From positions 7,504,001 through 7,568,000 of the forward strand of contig OZ076409.1 in the NCBI GenBank assembly GCA_964187785.1: 64,000 nucleotides of DNA, read 5' to 3'. A program made the translations under genes and the position numbers. This document shows, piece after piece, positions 52,184 to 61,200 of this stretch. Each line of letters starts with the position of its first letter. Position 1 is the first letter of the stretch. Origin of the DNA: Amphiscolops sp. MND2022 (Eukaryota). The notes below the pieces were generated by a model that saw only the letters and a program-made list of their open reading frames with translations, had not been told where the DNA came from and did no database searches.

Positions 52184-53259
52184 TGTAACGTCAAGCAAGT
52201 AACGCACATACCAGAACTGGGACAGTACTTAGGTTGCCTAGACAGGAGACCATAGTCCTATAACAAGCCTAAATACTAGTTTTTCATCCCTAAAGGTCTC
52301 CTAGGGACTTCTCCAAAACACCGTGGAGACTCCTCTTATTAGAGCTCCGTGGCGACGTGCCGGCACACTCAAAGTCCGGACACGTCCCACAAGCGTGTAA
52401 AAACGTTCCTAAAGGCTTCCCGCGGCTCTACATACTTCCGAGGTCCGAAAACAGGGTTCTAGCTGAAATGCATTTTATTTCAGAAAATAACGTCTAAATA
52501 CTCCATTACAAGGATCTGACAGATCCAACATCATCAAAATCTGTAAATCAATACTAATGACATTAGAATCAATCAAGATTGGCATTTCTGGCATGTTTCT
52601 ATCGAATTCGCGATTCTCTTCATCTTCTTTGCTGTGGGACATCGGAATCTCAGAACGTTTTTGTATTAAAAACGCACTTTTCTGGGGGATGGCTGTAAAT
52701 AGGTCGAATTTTTCTGGTCGAAAGGACTGAGGTCGAACCTCTTGATCGAATTACAGGGATCGAATGGAATACGGTCGAATTTTATCGTATTTGTTGTATG
52801 GCTCGGTCGCTTCGCTCCCTTCGCCAAGTAGCAACATTGAGGCATGGCCATATGGCACGTCGCTCCGCTTCGCTTCGCTCCTGCATTCAGGGCACTAGGG
52901 CTATGTGAACATATCTGACTACGTTATTAAAATTTCGATCCGAGTTGTTTCGATCCCATTCAAAAATTTGATATTGTCGACCTGAGGACTAACTCTGATT
53001 TTCGATCCCGTTCCTTCGACCTATTTCCGCCCACCCTTTTCTGGGGAGATGACACAAATCCGAACATTTTTCTTGTTCTTCCACATCGTGTCAGTGTCTT
53101 TTCTTCTTTTTTTTGGGTCGGGGCTGGGTTTGTCTGTCTTCTTTTTTGCTTCCTTTTTGGTTTCAACGACCTGCCAGGTCGGCCATTTTGACTCGCACAC
53201 TTTCTGGTTCTTGATCGAATTTTTCATCGAAAATTTGGTGCTGACTGGTGGACGTTACA
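52184..53259 (-). repeat. 3' LTR (1076 bp)
   Basis: Terminal inverted TGTAACGTC / GACGTTACA; adjacent PPT; homologous to the solo LTR at 14151..14864. Confidence 0.88.
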
Positions 53260-53723
53260 TCCTCCCCGGGCCACTGTTTGTCGTCCTCGGCAAACGGAGA
53301 AGGATGCATTATTACTTACAAATGGTTTTAGCAACGTGGTTTTCAGTTTTTCTATTAGATCTTACTGCTTCAAAATTTCGATTTAGCACTTTTTGGTCAT
53401 CCTGGGACAATGAAATTCAGTTTGTTTAAAAACTCTTACCATTCGTTCCAAGCTAGTTTAAAAGTTCTTTTAAGGGTGGTTGCACTTTTGCGACACTTAG
53501 CCAGAGAAACGGAGAACTTTTTACTAAAACTTTAATTGCACTTGTTTTGGCAGTTAGGCAGGCACCAAGCTGGGACCTACCCACCGGGTAGTTACATTAG
53601 CAAAATAACCAAAATGATGTTAATACTCTGTTAACTAAAATAGCACTTATTGTTTTGACAACTGCTGAGGCATAATATGTTCTTGGTTAGTTTTGGTTTG
53701 ATTAGCCAAGTTCAGTACTTGTT

Positions 53724-56700
53724 TCATTCATCGCCAGTGTCATCCATAGTAGTATCGTCATTTTGTAGCACTTCATTTAATGATACGGCCAATACTTCCG
53801 ATGGCGGCAGGTCTTGCTGATTCAAGCTAGGTAGTTCGTTCAACTCTAATTCGATATCAGCTGCTAGTGTTCTCGTCAATGACGTGGGCGTGACTTCCAA
53901 AGCTTCTAGCGGCACTGTCTGATCATTTGAAGTAGCATTGGTGGTGATGATTGTGGTTGGGTTAGCTGTTTCAGGGTCATGGATGGATACATTGGTGTTG
54001 GTTGGTGTTGCAGCTATTGCAATGCTGATTTGGCTTGAGGTTGACATCATGGAAGTTAAGGTATTTTCAGCAGTAGAAGCCTCCTCGTGCCCTGCTGCCT
54101 GTCTCATTGAGGTCGAGCCCGCTGGGCTTAGTTCTGGCAGCTGGTCTGCGAGGTCTTGGCGTCCATATCGGAGAAATGTTTCTTTGAAAGTTCCAATTGC
54201 ATTTAAATAACTGTCATATACGGTATTTCCTTCGTCCCTCTTCTTGGCTATCAGACTCATGAAGATTTCCCTGGCCATTTGTGGATTGTTCGGCATCTCT
54301 TCGTTCAGGGGCAAGGTCTTTCTATTGGGTTCTCTTGCGATTTTCGGAACTGTCGCTTTCAGAGTTTGAAATCCTTGGTAGATCATTCTGTCCACTATCG
54401 GCGGGTCTGCCCAATGCGTAGTGTCGGACAGGATTTTGGCTGTATCGGCTTGCGGTGTCACTCGAGGGTTGTACATTCGGGATACATCTTGTATTACTCG
54501 ATGCTGGAGTCTTTCTGGTGTGGAGCCTTTTCTTCGTCCACCCAGGCGTCGTTCCGCATTGGTTAGTACTCGGAGAATACCGGGCTCATCCCAGCTGGCA
54601 AAGCCTTGCAATGCTCCAGTGGTGGGTTCTACAGGGGCGTGCAACCATTCTACTGGATGAAGTTCTAGCGACATAGGAACAGCGCACCGCGCTCTGGCTC
54701 GGATCAGGGCACTGAAATTGTACTCGACCTGTTTCTTGTCTTTGATAATCGTGTATGCCATTGGTGGTCGGAAGTTGGCAAAGTTGCGCACTAGCATTTG
54801 AAAATCCGGTTGTCTGGTGTCGTCTTCAGGGTCCACAAAATGTAAAATGGATAATGTAGGTGCTTTTGCGGCAACTCTAAGCGGCTGTGTAGGGTATCTC
54901 AGGGCCATCATTGAACCAAATATAGGCCAGACTATGGGTGCGATCATGGGGACTAGATCTTCAGTTTCTACCAACATGAGGCTGGCTACTTGCGAGGGGA
55001 ATAGGAAACCTGGCAGGTTATTGCTGTTGGGTTTTTGAATTAGCGAGTTGTCTAAAGTGCTCATCACACCAGAGACATTGACCCAGGCTGAGTAAACCCC
55101 AGCTAATAGTGTTTCGATATTCTCGGCGAGCTGGGCGCGCAACTTCAAAGCGCCTGCAGGGTCCAAAGTGTTTAGAATGGCGTTAATCCAGTTCCACTGG
55201 TTCTTGGCGAATATGAGAAAACTGAGTAGACAGGAGTTGGCTTTAGCTAGGACTAATCTCTGCAATAGGTGCACTGGGCCTTTGTAGACGGCGCCTAGAC
55301 CAACGGCCATCAGGTATGCCAGGATTTCAGCAAATGTGGCCCTCTGCATTGCTTCTACATATAGTCTAACTTGCTGCTCATCTAGGCTGTTTTCACGCTG
55401 TACCATCGTTGGTACCCAAAATGGCGAGATATTATACAAGAATATGGGGAAGGGAATTCCATGGCTTTCTGCTGTTTCATTCAAGGTCACCTGCAGCGTC
55501 TCATGCCAAGATTGGTAAGTATGCTGTGGGTTCATTCGGTTTTCTTGCGCTGTCTTTTGAGCTAATACTGTCAACAATACTAGGGTGGGGGAAACCATGT
55601 TGGGCTTTGCGTCGATCGCTTGTGCCGCCACTGGAAAAACAGTCGCGTCGGTCCAAGTTTGTTTTATTCCTTCGGTCTTCTTGAAGAGAGCTAGCAGCTC
55701 TTTGTGGAATTTAGCGTTGTGTGTCCTCTCATCTAGCGTTGAATCGTCTCTCCTTTCAAACCATCCGTTGTCAATCATGTTTGCCCGTTCCTTTTCATTA
55801 GGTTCCTTAACTCGGCGTACTCCATTTTCATCAAAGGTGCGATGCGCCATTTGCATGCCAAAGTCAAAGGCAGTAGCATCATCAGCTAGTAACTGAGAGT
55901 TTCACTCGTATCCGGTACAAGCCTGCAAGGCTTTCGAGATTTCCGCCAGGAGTGCAGAATAAGAATTTTCACCCGGACGCCAAGTTGTGGCACTCACTTT
56001 CAGGTTCGGTGCTATTATGTAAATTGACAAATTCTGTGAGTAAGATACTTCTGATACTAGATATAACAGTTGCTGGAGTGGTTTAGGTAAGTATACGTAT
56101 CCTGGGGGCGACATAAAGACTACCCCTACGACGGGCTTCATTCGCTGCACCCGCCTGATCACATTTCTCATTGCTTCGACGTACTCAATTACTTCTCCTG
56201 TCATCACTTCTTCCGTCAGTCTACGGTTGCCTCCTTCAAAGTATTTCAGCGTTCCTCGAAGAGCCAAGTGGTCGATCATGTTGCTATATATTAGGATCGG
56301 AGGGAATGGAATTGTCTCTGTGTGGTTGACGGTGGGACCGAAGACCTTGCAGGTCACCTCTGCCATTTCCTCTAGCGATGTGCAGGGCAAATTCATCACG
56401 CGAACATCCATCAGGGTGTTGTTCATGTTCGCCGTTGCTTTCATCGTGGAGTCCATGAACAAGGCAATCCTTGTCTTTTGCAACATCTCTTTGCCCATGG
56501 GGAGTAAGGTTATGTCCCTCATGAAATCACGGCTTTTCATCAGTTGGTCATCGTATCTTGCTGGTCGTTGTATGGCTAATTTTACTTTGGAGGGGAGTGA
56601 TCTCATCAATGATGACTTGTCTTTATGAAGATTCTCCTTTACTCTCTCGAACCAGGGAGGAATGCGGTCCAGAAGGAGTGTTGGCTTCTTTACGGGCCTC

Positions 56701-57966
56701 AAGTAATGCACTCCGATTGTTGCTTTTTCTAGGTTTTCCACATCCTCTGGGTTTCCTTTGCTGGTAGCTGTTTCGAATTTCTGCACATTCAATCCTAAGT
56801 CTGGATTCTCTGATTTCGCTTCTCGCTGCAGACGCACCGCGTCTCTGGCAGCAATGTCAAGCTGTCGTGCCTCTGTCTGCGATAGGAGCTCTTTAGAGAA
56901 ACGCACTCGCCTAGGCTCCGGCTGTTGCACTGGGGATGGATTCGGGCTGGAGTTCGTTGCATCCGAATTAGCTAAGTCTCTGGCTCTTTTCTTTTGAACT
57001 AGCTGTTCGATCTTGCTTTGTTCCTTTCGATTCAGTACGTCGCGGAGATCGATAGGTGCCTTGGCTGCTTGCCTTTCTGCTAGTTCTTGCTGTTTCTGTT
57101 GTTCTTGGCGTTCTGGGTCGGCCTGAAAACCTATTAGGTGATGTGGGTCCTGCGACGTTGAAGGTAGCAAGGCATCGTAAGAGTCTTGAAATCCGATCAT
57201 ATCTGTCATGATGGGCACGTCGAGCGGGTTCCGCATCATTATGGTTCTCGGTCTTTGGCTTGTATTTTGGGTGGCATCTTCATCGTTCTGCGCGCTCGTG
57301 TGCGCTTCTTCTACCCCTTCCCCGCTGAAAGAAGAAGGGAGCATGAGTTTGTTGTTCTCTTACAGGCGCCTGACACTAATTGGGGCGGATGATGGTGGTA
57401 GCGTCAATATTGGCGGAGGCACTGTTGGCAAAAGGCATGTGAATTGCTGTGTGGGCGATAGTTGCGTAGATTGACAGTCGCGGGCGATCTCAGGGGCAGT
57501 TATCGACGATATTGCAGGTGCTTGCGTCAGGTTCGTTTGAAGACGTCGTTGCTGCTCCATGGGAGGTCTATTAGGCTCGCCATATCTCAGGTGCGATCTG
57601 TGGTCATCAAAATGGTGGGTGAGATCGTGTCCTTGCCACGCGCCATTGTGGAATTCCGCAGTTCTGCGGTAAGATCCAATTCCAATTGATATGGAGAGGG
57701 TGAAGTCCGGATGTATCTCAAGAGATTGCATTTGAGCAATTAGTATGGCCATCCCGGTCACCAGTGATGGAGAAGGGACTCTTGTAGGGTCGATTGGACC
57801 AGACCAAGCTGGTCAATTTTGGTTTGAGATTCTTCGACAGGCAGCGAGCACACGGGAGCTTCTTGCGTGGCAATTGTCGGCGGTTGTGATTGGTCCATTC
57901 TGCTGGTGCTCGGTTGCGAGCTTGTTGTTGATGGAGCTGGCATGCGGGTTTTAGCCGATTGATCCA
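53724..57966 (-). pseudogene. Large accessory ORF downstream of pol with an SGNH-hydrolase-like domain, interrupted by two in-frame stops and a probable frameshift
   Basis: ORFs 57360..57761, 55902..57344 and 53724..55856 share one frame, separated only by TAA (57360-62) and TGA (55902-04). SGNH-like blocks: IALFMDS, ILIYSNMIDH, GVVFMSPP, WRPGENSYSALL. Confidence 0.6.
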
Positions 57967-58273
57967 TTAAAGAGATAGGTACCGCCTTGGATAAATTACT
58001 ATGGTGGATATACTGCAAATGTGATGATATATGACTGGCTGCGTCAAGTGCATGGGAAATGACAGGACTGAACTAGAAAAAAGAAAACGACAGACGTCAA
58101 TTTGAGCTAAAATATTATTGCTGATGAGTGCAATTGATATGATGAACATTAAAAGACAATAAGATAAAACAGATTCGACAATTCACGTTAAAACCTAGTT
58201 CAGGGATTACTCAAACAACACATATGCTAAGAACAGGACGAGTGGCCTCCCTTATTTTTTGTACCACAGTAAT

Positions 58274-61200
58274 TCAGTCAAATTTGTATTTTACATGGTT
58301 CTGATGTGTCCTCACTAACGCAATTGATACATACACCCTATCATGGAGGACTATGTCGATATTGGAATCAATGAAATGATCTTTCAACATTGAATACCAA
58401 GCTGGTAGCATGTTGATTGATCTTTCAGGGTCATAGATGGGAAAATGGATACGGGTGATCTGTGCTCGTATGAGCTTCTGCACCAGGTCTATTAGGCACA
58501 AATGTAGCACATCATGTAAAATGGGGTGTTTACTAGAGGCTCTGGTGATTAACAGGAACATTTCGTTATTCCACGGCGTTGCGGGTGATCTAGTGAGGTG
58601 AATAGCCTTTCCTACAGCTGGGCGTAGTCGGAAAATTTCCTCCTGGCCATATTCCCTGATGACGTAGCGCGCCATTGCTGAATATGATAGAAGGTCTGCC
58701 GGACAGCATATTACTACGGTACCCCTGGCTTGCAAGATGTCAGTTTCTTCGTAATGAATCCATGACAGATAGTTCGGTTTGATCTTTGGATGCGTTATCA
58801 ATAGTTTTCCCGTGACTGTGCTTTGATTGTCTTGACTTGGTGTGAGATGATCCAGAATGGCCTTACGGTCTTGCCACACTGTTCTGCGTAAAGGTCTGTC
58901 CCCCAAGTTCGTGCAAGACCAATCGTGAACTACGGAGAGTGCTTCCAGCACGGTCACTGGGTTCTCGAATGTATATGTGTGTTTGTCTAACAGGCGTATT
59001 TTGGCTTGGCGACAAAAGATGATAGCTAGTAGTTGTAACCAATGTTGACTGAGGAATCTCCCACGATAAATATCTGCTAGATGGAAGCATAAGGTGTCCT
59101 CGAACTCTACGAGCGTACGCAAATTTTCCAAGCAAATCAGTAAAATTCCTGGAGTCACTAGTGACGTTTCGTCCAAAGAGGTGACCAATAGCCACCAACC
59201 AGCCGTTGGGTGATACACATCTCCAGGAGGGGAGGTTACGCCATATTGCTGCCATAGTCTTCGCGCGGTGATACAGCGGACCATTGCTATTCGTGTGTCA
59301 CTTGGTTCTATTTTTCCAAACATCATCGATGGTGGGAGTGGGGGTATGATTGCGGTCAACGTGAATTCTAATCCACTCTTTTCATGCCGTGTCCATTCCT
59401 TAAAACGGTAGGTGGGGCAGTCTGATGGAGATGTTTCTTGCATGGCTTTTAGTGTGGTTTCCAGGGGTGGGACCACGGCTGGTCCAATGCTCGAGTAGGT
59501 CTTTTCCACGGTAATCACAACGTGATGTACTTGTGGAACCTCTTGGTCCTTAGCTTGTATGTTTCGAATGTATTGCATGTGATCTTCCGTTGTTTCAGTA
59601 ACAGCTGTGTCTGGGGCAGGAGCGTCTACTCCCCGGGCCAATCGCTTGTTCGGTGGTTTTCCACTAATTAGGTTGACGCAACTACAGTTACGGGAACCAC
59701 ATGTTCCGCAGCGATATCTAGGAGTTCTATTGCGTCGCAGCAAATAGGGTGGTGCTCGTGAGGTTGTTGTTTGTTCCGCTTCTGATTGCTCTGATGATAA
59801 ACTTTCTGCAATGTTGGGTAGCGTCATTGCACGTTCCAGGGTTTGAGATTGTGCTCTAGTTCGCAATCTGCCTCTCGATCTGGTGTACGGTCGGTGCGTG
59901 CTTGCAAGTGCTCTGCTTGATGAGTTGGCACTTCCTCTTCTACGATTTGGAGGTCTGCCTCTTGGCCTGCCTCTTCTACTCGCGGTTCTCCCTGATGATG
60001 GCGATGCTTCCATGCTGTGTCTGGGTTCTGGAATTTCTCTGTCAGTTCTTTCTTGGGGTTTGGGTTCCTCGATAGTTTGCAGTCCTGCCGAGCTACCAGC
60101 TCGGGAACTGAATAGTGGGAAATTGCTCAATGTGTCGGTTAAAGCTGGGTTCGAGAGCAATGGTGCTGATGTTCCTGATGGCGAGGGTATCAGACTTGGT
60201 GTTGGTTCTGGCCTGACTTCCTCTTGGTCTGAATACAGTGGTTCCAAATCATCGATATCAGGGTAGATCATTGGTTGTTGTGGCTCTTCAATGGGTTGAT
60301 CCATTTGTTCTTGGTCGGATTCCGACTCAGAAGGGTATCCAAAATGGCTGAATCGTCTTCGAGGGATTCCTCGTTCTAGAGCAGACTGAGTACGTGTTTG
60401 AATCGTGCTCGGGGGAACGGGCGCGGTCGGTTCCATCTCGAATGATGCCTCTGGCAGTTGTTCTGGAAGAAATGAGTCACGTGATATGTCTGACGTTATC
60501 TCCTCATTACTTTCCTCCACGTATGGGTCTGCGATGATGGCAACATTCTGGTCTAACCCAAAGGGTTGATGTGCCGCCCAATCCCACGGCGCAGGCACAT
60601 GCTCCTTCAGGCGTTCGAAGTGGACCTTTTGTCCTGTATCCAAAACGTATAATCTTCCATCTTGTAATACATCTGTGACCTTGTGAGGTCCACGCCAGGC
60701 ACGAAGGAGTTTGCGGGTGCCACCTTTAGGAATTATGTGGCAGAAAACCCAAACAGCATCACCCACCGCGTGAGCTTTTGCTTTCAAATGCTTGTCGAAC
60801 TTCTGTTTTTGTCGTATTTGCGCCTGGTGTGTGTTTCGGCGAACAAGTTCGTGGATTTCTTGTTGTCGAGCAAGTAGGTGCTCCACAAATTCTTCTTTGG
60901 ACTCAAACTCTCGCGCTGCGAATTCTGGGTATATAAACGAGAGTGGAATGGATTTTTCTGCGCCATGTTGGAGCATATAGGGGGAAAATCCGGTCGTTGC
61001 ATGTCTGGTAGAATTATAGGCACCCAAGACTCCGTCTATGTGTTCATCCCAGTCAAGCATTCTTCGAGACGTATAGACTCGGAGCAAGGTCTGTAATGTT
61101 CGGTTTTGACGTTCCACTAAACCATTACCTCTCGGATGAGCTGGAGTAGACGTTATTTTGGTTACTTGCGAAGCTTTCATCAGTTCTTGAGCAATCTCAG

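Noticed and set aside
53724..55856. Classical env gene
   Set aside because: No evident signal peptide, furin site, Cys pattern or C-terminal transmembrane anchor.
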